DNA of 64,000 nt from Octopus bimaculoides (lineage: Eukaryota), in the NCBI RefSeq assembly GCF_001194135.2, contig NC_069003.1, forward strand, positions 1,384,135-1,448,134, in the 5' to 3' direction. The notes beneath the pieces were generated by a model. The model ran no database searches, had not been told where the DNA came from, and saw only the letters and a program-made list of their open reading frames with translations. This document shows, piece after piece, positions 27,010 to 41,027 of the stretch (position 1 is the first letter of the stretch; each line of letters begins with the position of its first letter). The position numbers were made by a program, and so were the translations under genes.

Positions 27010-28529
27010 GTATGTCTTCATACATATTTATACGTAAACTATACGGTTATATATACATATATAGGTGCGCCCACACACATGTATATATATTTTACTTTAT
27101 ATATATGNNNNNNNNNNNNNNNNNNNNNNNNNNNNNNNNNNNNNNNNNNNNNNNNNNNNNNNNNNNNNNNNNNNNNNNNNNNNNNNNNNNNNNNNNNNNN
27201 NNNNNNNNNNNNNNNNNNNNNNNNNNNNNNNNNNNNNNNNNNNNNNNNNNNNNNNNNNNNNNNNNNNNNNNNNNNNNNNNNNNNNNNNNNNNNNNNNNNN
27301 NNNNNNNNNNNNNNNNNNNNNNNNNNNNNNNNNNNNNNNNNNNNNNNNNNNNNNNNNNNNNNNNNNNNNNNNNNNNNNNNNNNNNNNNNNNNNNNNNNNN
27401 NNNNNNNNNNNNNNNNNNNNNNNNNNNNNNNNNNNNNNNNNNNNNNNNNNNNNNNNNNNNNNNNNNNNNNNNNNNNNNNNNNNNNNNNNNNNNNNNNNNN
27501 NNNNNNNNNNNNNNNNNNNNNNNNNNNNNNNNNNNNNNNNNNNNNNNNNNNNNNNNNNNNNNNNNNNNNNNNNNNNNNNNNNNNNNNNNNNNNNNNNNNN
27601 NNNNNNNNNNNNNNNNNNNNNNNNNNNNNNNNNNNNNNATATATATATATATATATATACATCTTGAAGAATATGTAAATATTTTTCAGTGTAAGAATTT
27701 TTCGAAAGTAATTACGTCACGATGGAATGTATGGGTTCTATCGTTAATAATTCTGCTTTGTCTTTGTTTTTTCACTTTTACTGATGCATTTTCTCAGCAG
27801 ACGAGCTGACACCAAGACTTCGTTTTTCATCAAAATTGGAGACAATCTTAGCAAAGTTCTTATTACTGCATCTTTGTTTCTTCAAAATTCCATTCATTTA
27901 TTCAATAACTCAACTATTATAGCTTTCTTTATCATTATCCTCCAGTACATCATGATCAAGTTCAGCATAAGAACAATAACAACAACGATAAGGATAGTTT
28001 GCTTTTATTAACTACTCAGTGTTGACAAAATCATTGAACTCTGTGCAGGAGGATACAATGTGAAAATACTTCGATTTTGTAAAAAGGAAAAAGTTGTAGA
28101 AATAAATAAAGAAACAACGATTTTCGAATATGGAATAAATAAAGACACGGTGCGTAATTCTGTGCGCTACTCATGGAAGCCGTAACTAGACAATCCAGAT
28201 AAACGTCATTTCCCAATTGTCCTCTTGTAGTTTAGTTATTTAGTTGATGTCGACCAATTTAGTCGGAACATGATCGCCTGTCTCTTCCAAATTTCCGTAA
28301 ATTTGCTGGAAGGCGGCTCTTCTCTTTCTAGCCTCACTTTCACTCTGAGAGATGCACATGCCTGTCTTCAGCTATTTCTTTCACGTACATTTACACAAAC
28401 TTATTCTACTACAAATCTACCGAACTAATAAAGACAAGTTCGCTTTCCCGTATAAAGGAAGGTAGCGGGGCAATTTCAGTTAGGATTCAAACTTTAACTG
28501 GGTCCACCACACATGTAACAGCTATTGAT

Positions 28530-28990
28530 TTTGATGATGATAACAGTTGTGAGAGACGAAATCAATAAAGTCTGTTTATCGATTGACATGAGCCTACCGT
28601 GTCACCATAATATCTCCGCAAAAGCTCTGATAAGCTCAGGAGATATAAAAATCTGGTAATCAAGATCGAGAAAATGTAGTATCTCAAGACGGTCAAAATA
28701 CCAATAATTGTGGGAGCAATTGAAAAGGGAACTCAAAATCCTTTAAAAACGATTTCCGGCTTATCAGCCATGCAGGAAGTACAAAATAATGTTTTAACTG
28801 GTACATCACACGTACTGAGAAGTGCATTGTCGCTGTGAATTTTCTTTCCCTTTTTCTACCTTATTTTCTCTGTTTACATTTTTATTTTCTCTTTTTTCTC
28901 TCTGTTGTTCTTTCCCTTTTTCTCTGTCTCATGACTTCACAAATGAACAATCCGGAGGCTAGATCTAGGGATCCGTGTTAGGGTTCCATT
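28530..28990 (+). mobile_element. R4/Dong-clade retrotransposon 3' end (restriction-like endonuclease domain), old
   Basis: VVRDEINKVCLSIDMSLP, then after a frameshift KLRRYKNLVIKIEKM*YLKTVKIPIIVGA...MQEVQNNVLTGTSHVLRSALSL* (stop 28836-28838). Confidence 0.85.
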
Positions 28991-29494
28991 ATAGCAGGCA
29001 TATATTATATTAGAGGAAAATTCAAGAACGCGTTTCCCAAGTCATTTAGAATAACGTGAATTTGATGTCTTAGAGCCGTTTGTGGGCTAACTAAAAACCT
29101 ATATCTTTATGGATAATTAAAAACCTATACCTTCATGGAAGTATCGAACTACATCCATGTCCTCTGGAAAAACATGAACTGTAAACGTTATACTCTTGCC
29201 TGTATTATTAGGACTACCTTTACTCTTTATTCTTCTATTTTACTTCTTTATTCTATTTTATTCCTTATAAAGCGTGAATTTTATCGTTCGTAACCTGTCA
29301 ATTCTTCCCTGTCTAAAATCTTCCTACTTTGCTTCTGACGATGGAATACTCAGTGCACGGACATGCTGACCAACCTATTAGATTGGCCCAGAAATGGGTG
29401 TAAGACTTCCAATTCACATTACCCTAATTAAATTATTCTAAATGATTTGTGATACTCGTTCTGTCGTGCTTTTTAAAAAAATGTTCCTCTAATA

Positions 29495-29510
29495 TAATAC
29501 ACACACACAC

Positions 29511-29600
<90 letters not shown>
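29495..29600. repeat. Long (CA)n microsatellite
   Basis: Visible directly. Confidence 0.97.
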
Positions 29601-31349
29601 TTCATGAATGCATAGTCATGCGTGCATGTGTATTGGAAAATATCCCAAGGGGGTCTCCTGCATGCAGAATAACTCATTAAATGTACGTCAGTATCCTTTA
29701 GGTGGTGAAGGGAAAATAACATTTATCATTTGTAATTATATCTCTATTGACAAAAAAAATGTTCATTAGCTTAAATGAAAATATATTTTCAGAAGACAGA
29801 ATGGAAAGTAGTTGCAAAATTTCAATCAGTTAATAACTGTATCTAATGTTACAGGTGAAAGTGACCTGCACTTAGCTACATCTCCGAATATTAAACTGTG
29901 ACAACGGAAAAAATTCTGGTTAGATATTCAGGCTTCTAGATATAGAAGCTCAATTACGCTCAAAATATGCCCGCTCCGTTATCGAAGGTAATGTATTGCC
30001 AGACAATGTATTGTCTGGTACCCTGTATGTCGAGAAATACGGAATCTCTCTGACTGGGTTTCAACTGATCTTGTGTTTTCTCGCTTAGAGTTTAATTTAA
30101 CCTAGACAGTATACGGGCACCAGTTGCCTGACTATGGAAGCAAAATCAGCCGGTCATTTACTGGATCCTGTTTTACTTTGCTGTGACATCAGGTGGCACT
30201 AAAAACAACAACATCACACACGTATTCATCAGTATATACTGTAACATTTCAAACACTTTTTTTGTGCCATAAATAAGTTCACACCTTTGAGTTCTAGTTA
30301 AATATTCCATCGCGTTTACGTCGACAATCATATTATAAGGCCAATAGAAATCGTTGCAATCAAAAACTAACTTCCATCTAAACAACTTCGAAACTAAATA
30401 AAGTTTCAATGAGAAATAGCATATACTGATACCCAGGGACATTTGCTATACATAAAGATAAACAGCGATGTAGACGATAACATTCATAAAGTGATAGCGG
30501 AAGAGAATTTAATTAGTTAAATTACACTTATAGCCAAGAGGGAATTTTATCTGCTAAATGATTTATCTGCGGAAAGATATGCAGAACAGCCAAACAAAAT
30601 TTCAAAAAATGTTTCAATGAATTGCCAATTACAAAGAACAAACATTCGTCATTTTTGATTCTATAATAAAGATGCGGGATGTGTTTCATTTTATGCGGCC
30701 TCATCATCGAAAAATATTACGGAGGATCGTTTAACGATGATGTAGGGAGGGGGAAGAAGCATCAGATAAAATATGGCAGAAATCACAAACACACACATAT
30801 AATAAACGAATATATGTACACGCATGCACGTAACAATATGTGTTTAGATTTTGTTATGATGGAAATATATCAAAGTTGCAATAAAACAAACGATATTTCA
30901 AGAAATAAGGATGGTTTCGTTACTTATACAACTCAATTGAATTAACCACATTCGCAATTGCAATTCATTTTTAAGCGAATACAAAATTAAGCTTTGTTAG
31001 ACGCATTTGTAACATCAACAACTTGACGGTGTTTTTCTGTAAGCTTCGATATATACTAATTTTAATTTTACTTTAAATCTATTTTTTGCGTGATATCTAT
31101 ATTCTCAACTGAACAGATTTTCTCTTATAAAATCTTCAGTGACTGCAACAACCAGTTGGTCAATTCGTTCTTTGATTTCCAAAGAACAGTAAATCGCTTC
31201 TCATTTGTTTCGTTAAAAATTCTCACCAGTGTTTTGAGAATATTCCCAAATTTAAAGATAAAGCAAATGTTGATTTCAAATTGCAGCACAAGGCCAGCAA
31301 TTGGGTGGAGGAGCGTTATTTGATCACAACAATACCACTCCTTAACTAA

Positions 31350-31470
31350 CAATTATTTTATCAACCCCGAAAAGATGAAATGCAAAGTCGAACTCAGGGG
31401 GGAGTGAACTTAGAATGTAAAGACCTCTAAGCATTTGGCCTGACATGCTAACGATTCTACTGCTCACCAT
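31350..31470 (-). mobile_element. SINE body (AAAGTCGA family), diverged
   Basis: TTATTTTATCAACCCCGAAAAGATGAAATGCAAAGTCGA...CTAAGCATTT...CATGCTAACGATTCT. Confidence 0.75.
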
Positions 31471-33208
31471 TTCAACTTAAAACAAACATTTTATCGCTCG
31501 TACCTTTCCCAGTTGAGATAATTTCTCCTGATATGTCTGGAAAGGCTTTCGGTACTCAAGAAGGAATTTAATCAGCTCCATGTTCTCGTAAGCAGAAATA
31601 TATAAATATTTTTCTTAGACCTCTCTGATCTCTTGGGATTAAAAGTCTTTTGATTTGACTACTTCCATCATTGTTGCACTTTTCTTTGTAACTGTGATAT
31701 GGGTTACGGCCTTTATCTTTCAGTAAGAATAGACAGAAAGATAATGCTTCTTTTCACACAGATACAACGCGAATGGTTTGTAAGATTTGATGCTGTTGTT
31801 GCTGCCTTTGTAGTCGTTTACAGATCTTACATCGAATTCTTTACATTTTGAATTTCATTTCCGCCGAAGTCAAGCTGTGACATTCCATCTACCGGATCAA
31901 AATAAGAAACAAGACCCGTGATACGTAGTGTCAATTAACACACTAATTTATAAAAAAAAAACAAATTCTGCCTTAAGTGAAGGTATCCTCATCATCGTCG
32001 CCGTCATAATTGTAATCATGTTCGTCATCACTTTCGTCATCATCACCATCGCCGTCATCGTTGTTGTCATCAGTATCATCGTTGTCAGCATCGCGCTCGT
32101 TCCCATTCTCATTATCGTCAATGCCATTACATTACGAATGTAATCCTATTTTACAAATACCGGCGAATATTTCTACCCATTACACACCCTCTACGTCTCT
32201 GAGACCATTTCGATGTAGCCTTCATCTTTCCTCTCCTTTTTTCTTCAATCAGAAGTGTAAACCTTGTAACATAAACACACATATCCAAAAATAAACATAT
32301 AAATTAACAAGTTACGTAATTAAAATAAATACATAATGGATATAAATACAATATAACGGAACAGCGATCAATAATAAATCAGATCAAGAGAATCAAAGCG
32401 AGATGCCTACGGGATATTTCTAAACGAGAGGAGAAGAAGCCATCATTAATTTGTAATATTTCAGACACCGCCAACTATATGTAATCCATCCAGGTTGAGG
32501 TGCTTTGGGGAGATTTAGCAGAAAGATTGATGGATTGCGTTCGCTAGTTTAGGGTATTCAAGTTTCGAATAAATAGCTCTTTATCTCTGAACGACTACCT
32601 GAATAAAAGGATTGCTATTCCAACCGTAACAACCAGTGTGCTATGATGGATAGTGTTCCAAGTAGAAGTATATTGATTAGGAATCCGGGACACAGGGATG
32701 TGAGCATTGAGGATTGATGTATCCGTTTTATTGTAATTAAAAAAGCCAAAGTTCAGGTGATATAATGAAATAAAATTGAAGGATGCGCAGCTACGGGAAA
32801 TACATTGTTTGTAATTTAAATGCTTTATAATAGAAGAAAAAATGGAAAAAAGGCTGTTTTAAATTGATGCCAGTATGAATATTGCATCGACAGAGAGTAC
32901 TTTTGTCTCTTTTTTTTCTTTTCGCTGTTTTCTATTGTTTCGTTTATTGGTGATCGATCAACAAGTTGGTTGTTCTGTCGACCACCGAGGGATTCTGTAT
33001 GATCAAAATTGTTCTCTGGTTAACATTAATAAAATTATACACGGATTTGTAGAATTATACTTAAAGTGCGTGCTTATTCAATATTGGTTTATTTTCCTTA
33101 CTAAAATGGAAATCCACTTAAATATTTGCGCTTCTCTGAAATTAAAATGAAAAGTGTCCTCTACCGGCTTATAATAAAATTACGTTCTTCATAATCAAAA
33201 TATGCTGC

Positions 33209-33240
<32 letters not shown>

Positions 33241-34202
33241 TGTAAAGCGTCTTTTGCCATTGCTGTATCTGTCTTGTGACGACGGTTGTCGTTCTGACAG
33301 ATGTTATATTCCGAAGTCATCGATAGAATGGTTCTACCTGGCACAGTACGACCCCACAGTCGTATACTTTTATTATCCTCAAAAGGTTGGATCGTTATAA
33401 CGTCCATCAGTATCGCAGTATAATTACTATATCAGCAGAGACGCGACTATCAACACAGTCTACACGTACTCTCGGGTGCTGCGATTTGACTACGTTGTTC
33501 ACAGCTTGGCTACAATATGTGTTTACTAAAAGCAGATGAATATGGGCTAAACTACAATTATATTTCGACAGTGGCATAGACGACTAGAAAAATCCTGCTT
33601 CATCTTGCGGGCAAAATCTAGAAAAATGGGGTAACATATTATTAGTTATTTGTAGACAGGTAAAGTATTAGTATTTAATTTCCTTCCTGATCGAGTAAAA
33701 CCTTCTAATCTGAGGATTATTACGTTGCACAGAATAATGTTTCTTTTTTCTGGTTTGCGCGCATCTCCCCATTACGTATAATGATCAAAACAACATCAAT
33801 GTATTTCAATTCGTTCTTGCATGTGACATGCACTCGCACTAACAAAAGAACGCGCATATGGATACACACTCACATACACACATATTTATATACGTACACA
33901 CATATATATGTATATGTATATATGTATATATGCATATCTATCTATCTATCTATCTATCTATCTGTATGTATGTGTATGTGTATCATAGATACTCGTTTAC
34001 GTACACACCTTTGTGGACAGGTGTGTGTGTGTATAAATGTATTTATATATGTAAATATCTTTGTGCGTGTAAATCTTCCGGAAGGCAAAAATATGGGTGT
34101 GTGCGTGTGCCGACGCCCATATATACGAATGCACAAATATGCGCACATACGAAGACATAATTCATATGCTGAAAAATACACATACACACACATATGTGTG
34201 TG

Positions 34203-34247
<45 letters not shown>

Positions 34248-34448
34248 ATACATATATATGTACACACATTTCAAAGAATTCATTCGTTTAACGATTGTGA
34301 TTCCAGACATCATTAGATTTCGTGTTTCAAAAAAAAAAAGGAAATAAAAACAATAAAGAAAATACAATTCTTTTACATAAAAAGGCATCTACAAGAATTT
34401 GTACCTCCTCGTCTCTATATTATCCATGTATCTCACAATCTCTCTCTA

Positions 34449-34498
<50 letters not shown>

Positions 34499-34892
34499 TT
34501 CACTCTTTCCTTTTGGTCTCTCTTTCTATGTATCTATCTTCATATCTACCTATCTTTCTGTCTTTGCGTTGCAGAACTAACTAGAAATCATTAGCATTGT
34601 AACAATGGCACATTATTGCATGCTCTGGCACAGTTTCTACCGTTTCTCTTCGTGGACAATCACTGTAAAACCAACATCATTAGCGTGTGGTTCCCACCTT
34701 CTTAGCTGCGTATACAACCACACGTTTTTGCCGAAAGTACGCAGCAAATTCTCTCTTTATCTACACATGACACACAACAACGCAAATATACAAACGAGTA
34801 TGTTTATGGATGCTTATTTTACATATATAAATACCTGTTTACAACGAAACAAATGCAGAATGCAGGCATGCTTATATACATACATATACACA

Positions 34893-35215
34893 CATGGCTC
34901 AGTGGTTAGAGCATCTAGCTTACAATCATGAAGTTGTGAGTTCGATTCCCGGACCCGGTGGTGTTGTGTGTTCTTGAGCAAAACACTATTTCACGTTGCT
35001 TCAGTTTACTCAGCTGTAGAAATGAGTTGCGAGGTCACTGGTGCCCAGCCGTATCGGCCCCTCTGCCTTGCTCTTGGTGTCGTAGAGAGGAGAGGCTGGT
35101 ATGCATGGGCGACTGCTGGCCTCCCATAAACACCCATGCCCGGACTTGTGCCTGGGAGGGTAACTTTGTAGGTTCAATCCCATTGTCATTCACGACTGAA
35201 GGGAGTCGCGGCGAC
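34893..35215 (+). mobile_element. tRNA-derived SINE with Pol III A and B boxes and CORE-like central segment
   Basis: A box TGGCTCAGTGG at 34895-34905; B box GAGTTCGATTCC at 34938-34949; then GTGTTCTTGAGCAAAACAC...CTCAGCTGTAGAAATGAG, resembling the CORE/MIR domain. No tRNA acceptor-stem closure. Confidence 0.8.
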
Positions 35216-37404
35216 AGTGTATGTATATCTTTTCCTCTCGTTGCTCACCTATTCTTCTACTTCCTCCCTTTGTTTCTCCCTCTGCCACTCTCTCTCTTCC
35301 CCTTACACCGGCATGGTCACATGCTTCCGGTCAATAATCCTTTACTTCCTTGGCTGTCGCCGAGCAAACACACGAACCATTTCGTCCCTACTTTCAAGTT
35401 CGTGCCTCACAGCGTTCACACACAAACAATTTTTCTTGTCTGGCCGTAAAGCCTTTTCTGTTTGTTTTCCTGTCTTGTCTTTTGTCCGCCACAACATTCC
35501 TCCATGGCAAGATTTAATTTGTGTACCCAATGTTCTGTACCCAGATATGCACCTATACATAAAGGTGGATGTCAGTATGCACATACCTGTACGTATATAT
35601 GCATATACTCATTTACTATATATATATATATATATAAAAGGAGAGAGAAAGAGAGGGAGAGAAAGAGAGGGAGAGAAGTGAGAGAAATATGAGTGGGTGT
35701 GCGTGCATACACACACACACACACATATCCTCGAAGAATTCTAACTGAATTTGGATTCTCATTCCACCCACATTTTAAGTTACCAAAGGTACAGAAAATA
35801 TGAAATGGTTGAACCAATTCCGACATCAACATTCATAATGGTGGCTATGCATGGAAACAGACAAAAAGGAGAAATATGCAACATTTAGTGCCGTATGTGA
35901 CTCTTTTCATTTCCTCACAAAACCTGAACGATTTCGACATATCGTAGACATAAATGATCGTACGAATATTGTATGTATACAAATGTATGTATGTATGCAT
36001 GTATGTATGTATGTATGTGTTTGAATTATATATATGTGCATGTCAACATTTGCTAATTCCAGTGTATTTATTGTAGCCTGTATGTATTACTTATGAATTG
36101 CTTGCAACGGAAATTAATTACGAATTTCACAATCTTATCTTTAATATTTTACATATTCTGTCGAAATAAAATAGAGTGAAGCGCTTCCGTTAAAGTTATT
36201 GGAACAAATTAGAATGATGTGATAAGAAGAAACAAAAATTTGTCTGAAAGGAAGGAATGAGTCTATAAATGTAGTATTTGAATTGAAACAATAAAAATAT
36301 GCAGAATGGTGCTAAAATTACGTTGGTGCTCCAATAGATGACTGCTATCTTGTGTTTTAAATTATTTGTTGTATGTTTTCATGATATATCTACCTCACTT
36401 TCAAGATGAGATGAAAATTAATCGAGAAAGGTGGGGAGAGAACGGGAGAGGCAGACAAAATCAAGGAAAGAAAAAGACAGAAACGAAAAGGTTTTAGTTG
36501 AAATTTAACACCAGATTATTGCTTGCCGAAACGTATTGGACTCTAGCGCTTCTATCTTTATGTACATATCTTGCCATACTTATGAATTATGCCCTCAGCT
36601 ATTCGTAAGATGATACGCTGTAGCTTCGTAAATAAATGGCTGCCATTTCTAGCGATTGTAAGAGCTATTTACGACAGACAGCTCGATGCGTTTAGACATG
36701 AAATTAAATTGCAAGTCATTGGAAGTAACATATCACGTATGTGAGATAAGAATATTCACATGAAAATAGCAAATGGGGATGCAGAAATACGGAGAAAGAA
36801 TCGAGCAGTTTTGATAAATGTATTTTATTCATTTCAAAGTTGCTTTGAAGAAAGCTAAATCTTTAAGAAATGATCGAAAGTATTCTTGCCGGGAACATTA
36901 AAAGCATTCTACGGGAGTTGAGTCTTAAATTGTCGCAACGCAACCAGTATTTTTTACATCTCGGCAGGAAAAATTATTCTCCGCTCATCACTACTGGGTG
37001 ACTGAAATAATTTCTCAAATGGACTAAAGAATCACTGCCATATTTAAATGAGTCTAATTTTAAATGAAGCTTTAAAGACTTACAATATGCAAATTAGGAG
37101 CTCCAGTACCGTGTAAATTTCGGTTTTATGGAGAATTGATATAGATTGGCTACTTATATTATTGAGATTACTTAGGTTGATGGAGACATTGAGGCTGCGA
37201 TGACAATAAGCGTCGAGCATCTTTAAACGTTGATCTACATTTATTCGATATAAGGGGAAATGGTTCATTTTTACACCATTTGTATATCTAAAACATAGGA
37301 TACATATATGTTTATATATATATATCAATATTGTGTAATACTGAGGAAACAGAACGTGTTCGTGTGGTATAGATATTATAGACGAAATAAGGGAATTCAT
37401 CATT

Positions 37405-37436
<32 letters not shown>

Positions 37437-37760
37437 CTTTAAATATGTAGGTGTTTGTCAGCAACCACAGCTTGGTAACCATTATTGTCTTTTTTACATC
37501 TCTGTAACTTAACTGATCGGCAAAAGACACCGTTAGAATATTACCCGGCATTTTAAAGACTGTGATCGATTTCTACGACTAAACTCTTCAACATGCCTCA
37601 TCATGGCAACAGTCTGACGACAAACAGTTAGGATATATACATATAGAGATATAGACTGATATAGATAGATAGGCAGGTAGATAGATACATAGATATATAG
37701 ATAGAAATATGCTTCTGTGTGTAATTTCATGTATGTGGTATGCGCCTGTAAATTTTCAGC

Positions 37761-38009
37761 GATTGGAAAGACCGTATATTAGAAAGAAATTATCTCCCGT
37801 TGCACCAAAATCCACGTACAAGTACTACGAAATATATCTTTGACAGTAATATGTACCATGGGTGGTTTAAACCAGTAAATATTAATGTAGCATACTGTGC
37901 TCCAACTTGGGCAAATGAAGTAAAAGATAAAGAAAAATGGATAAGAATTGATTCAATTACATCTGGCAAATTAGCCCCTTTGCTTAATTATAGACTAACC
38001 CGTATTTAG
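37761..38009 (+). pseudogene. 82-codon stop-free segment, most likely a relic of the LINE (CR1/L2/Jockey-type) region C-terminal to RT; a host terminal exon is not excluded
   Basis: DWKDRI...MYHGWFKPVNINVAYCAPTW...LLNYRL resembles LINE W..HI...LY...VRP.LEYCAPVW...LSY.ERL. It also follows an AAATTTTCAG acceptor at 37750-37759. Confidence 0.45.
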
Positions 38010-38155
38010 CACGCAATTTAAGCCAGCGCTCGCTTATATATCACGTCAGGTTCATCGTAGGTCATGAATATATATGTTGGTAACGTAGGAGTGTGTTTGT
38101 CTCTGTGTCTCCGTGTGGTTGTGACTTTGTGTATGTGAGAGTGGTACAGGAAACA

Positions 38156-38207
<52 letters not shown>

Positions 38208-38719
38208 CTATCTGTCTACATATGTATGTGCATACGCATGTGAATTCGTAAATGCGTGTGCTGTCTGCATCGATGATTCATCCCAACAAAGAGAAGATAT
38301 GGAATCGCCAAGAATATTTGCTTCTACAGAATAGCTACAGGAAAAGAATGGTCACGCGTTCGGTGGATGTTCTATATTTAAATATTGAACAAGGGAAACT
38401 GAATAGAGCTACGCAGCATAATTAGGAAACACAAACAGGAAATTAATAGGAAACGAAGAGTAGAAGTCTGTTATATCTGTCGACCATCTATAGTATACGT
38501 TATCAAAGACATACTATTTTTCAATAAATTAATAGAATTTTTCGTTTTATTAACATTCACCTTTGTCGTCGGGTGTCAGCATAGAGTTTCAGCCACATAT
38601 TGCAATTCGTACGCTTTTATTTTTACTTTATTTCTATGTTTCCTTTCATAAGTGTGTTCACACTAACACAGACACAAATAGAGGGGACGCACACGCGATC
38701 ACACACAAGACACACACAT

Positions 38720-38761
<42 letters not shown>

Positions 38762-38834
38762 GCACGCATACATACACGTATACAATGTATCTCCAAGAAC
38801 CATTAATTTTACATGACTATATCTGCCTATCTAT

Positions 38835-38865
<31 letters not shown>

Positions 38866-38893
38866 TGTGTGTGTGGTGTGTGTGTGTGTGTGT

Positions 38894-38926
<33 letters not shown>

Positions 38927-39399
38927 AAGTCACATACGCACGCACACAAACACGCATATATATGTACACATATATATGCGTGTACGTATACATATATCTT
39001 ATCATTTAGATATATTACTTCACACAAAAATCAGATATCGAATTACAAGAAGCTCTTAACTTTTGAACAAGGAATTAGCAAAGACCCCCACACACACACA
39101 GACACACACACGCGTAGAAATAAACGCATGCAAACACAGACATATACACATATATGCATGCACACATACTGTCGCTCTCAAGCAGAAGTATAAAATAAGT
39201 AGATATTTTATCGCTTCTGTCTGAATCAGAAACCTTTTCAGAATTCGACGCTCTCTGACGAGGGTATAGTGTTCAACCGAACACTATACATTTGGTATAT
39301 ATATATAGGGTCATCCCATCAATAATGCAAATTTTGTATCCCTGCCGTAAGGCTTTATTTCCAAATAAGCCAGCCTAATTTAATTCGTCCTTAGTCGAA

Positions 39400-39725
39400 A
39401 GACGTCTGTTGTTACGTCTTGTTATTATTTTATTGTATTTGTGTAACGTTGCGCGTTTTTTTTTCTGTCCTTGTTTGTGTATACATTCGCTGCTTTCTTG
39501 CAAGGAATCTAATGCTCTTAGCTTAGTTTTTCCTTGGGGCTGGCCAGACTGGAGCAATATTGCGAATAACCAGTCGAAATTGCAAAGATAACCTGGATCT
39601 CGACCGAGGAAAGAAAACTCCGAATGACCTGTCCTTGTTTTCTTTGTATCGTCCATCTGGATGTTTTGTTGTCCCTTTCTTGTATCACGTAACTATCTGG
39701 ATGTTTTGCGTTCTTGTCTCATTCT

Positions 39726-39735
<10 letters not shown>
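39400..39735 (+). mobile_element. Short dispersed repeat with pyrimidine-rich tail ending at (TA)n
   Basis: Tail ACCTGTCCTTGTTTT is shared with 51005-51020 and partly with 35465-35480; abuts (TA)n. Confidence 0.45.
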
Positions 39736-39761
<26 letters not shown>

Positions 39762-40554
39762 NNNNNNNNNNNNNNNNNNNNNNNNNNNNNNNNNNNNNNN
39801 NNNNNNNNNNNNNNNNNNNNNNNNNNNNNNNNNNNNNNNNNNNNNNNNNNNNNNNNNNNNNNNNNNNNNNNNNNNNNNNNNNNNNNNNNNNNNNNNNNNN
39901 NNNNNNNNNNNNNNNNNNNNNNNNNNNNNNNNNNNNNNNNNNNNNNNNNNNNNNNNNNNNNNNNNNNNNNNNNNNNNNNNNNNNNNNNNNNNNNNNNNNN
40001 NNNNNNNNNNNNNNNNNNNNNNNNNNNNNNNNNNNNNNNNNNNNNNNNNNNNNNNNNNNNNNNNNNNNNNNNNNNNNNNNNNNNNNNNNNNNNNNNNNNN
40101 NNNNNNNNNNNNNNNNNNNNNNNNNNNNNNNNNNNNNNNNNNNNNNNNNNNNNNNNNNNNNNNNNNNNNNNNNNNNNNNNNNNNNNNNNNNNNNNNNNNN
40201 NNNNNNNNNNNNNNNNNNNNNNNNNNNNNNNNNNNNNNNNNNNNNNNNNNNNNNNNNNNNNNNNNNNNNNNNNNNNNNNNNNNNNNNNNNNNNNNNNNNN
40301 NNNNNNNNNNNNNNNNNNNNNNNNNNNNNNNNNNNNNNNNNNNNNNNNNNNNNNNNNNNNNNNNNNNNNNNNNNNNNNNNNNNNNNNNNNNNNNNNNNNN
40401 NNNNNNNNNNNNNNNNNNNNNNNNNNNNNNNNNNNNNNNNNNNNNNNNNNNNNNNNNNNNNNNNNNNNNNNNNNNNNNNNNNNNNNNNNNNNNNNNNNNN
40501 NNNNNNNNNNNNNNNNNNNNNNNNNNNNNNNNNNNNNNNNNNNNNNNNNNNNNN

Positions 40555-40709
40555 GTATATACATGTATATATATATATGTATGTATATATGTGTATATAT
40601 ATGTATGTATATATGTGTATATATATGTATGTATGTATGTATATATGTATGTATGTATGTATATATGTATACATGTATATATATATGTATGTATATATAT
40701 ATATGTATG

Positions 40710-40742
<33 letters not shown>

Positions 40743-40807
40743 ATATATATATATGTATGTATATATATATATATGTATGTATATATATATATATATATGT
40801 ATTTATG

Positions 40808-40840
<33 letters not shown>

Positions 40841-40986
40841 GTATTTATGTATATATGTATATGTACATATATATATATATATATATAGTTACATACATAT
40901 ATATATATAGTTACATGCATATATATGTATATAAATGTATATACACATATGCATGTACATAAATACACAGACACACACACACACAA

Positions 40987-41020
<34 letters not shown>
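40555..41020. repeat. Compound (TA)n/(TATG)n microsatellite with higher-order patterning
   Basis: Visible directly. Confidence 0.93.

Positions 41021-41027
<7 letters not shown>

Noticed and set aside
27676-27809. Signal-peptide-like stretch RWNVWVLSLIILLCLCFFTFTDA after an acceptor
   Set aside because: The hydrophobicity comes from a T-rich tract, a stop follows within a few codons and there is no donor.
33330-33400. Ras-like QYDPT peptide
   Set aside because: No P-loop or other GTPase motifs; starts in a (TG)n tract; chance match.
34893-34960. Possible tRNA gene (also 60885-60950)
   Set aside because: A and B boxes are present but there is no cloverleaf closure, and a SINE body follows.
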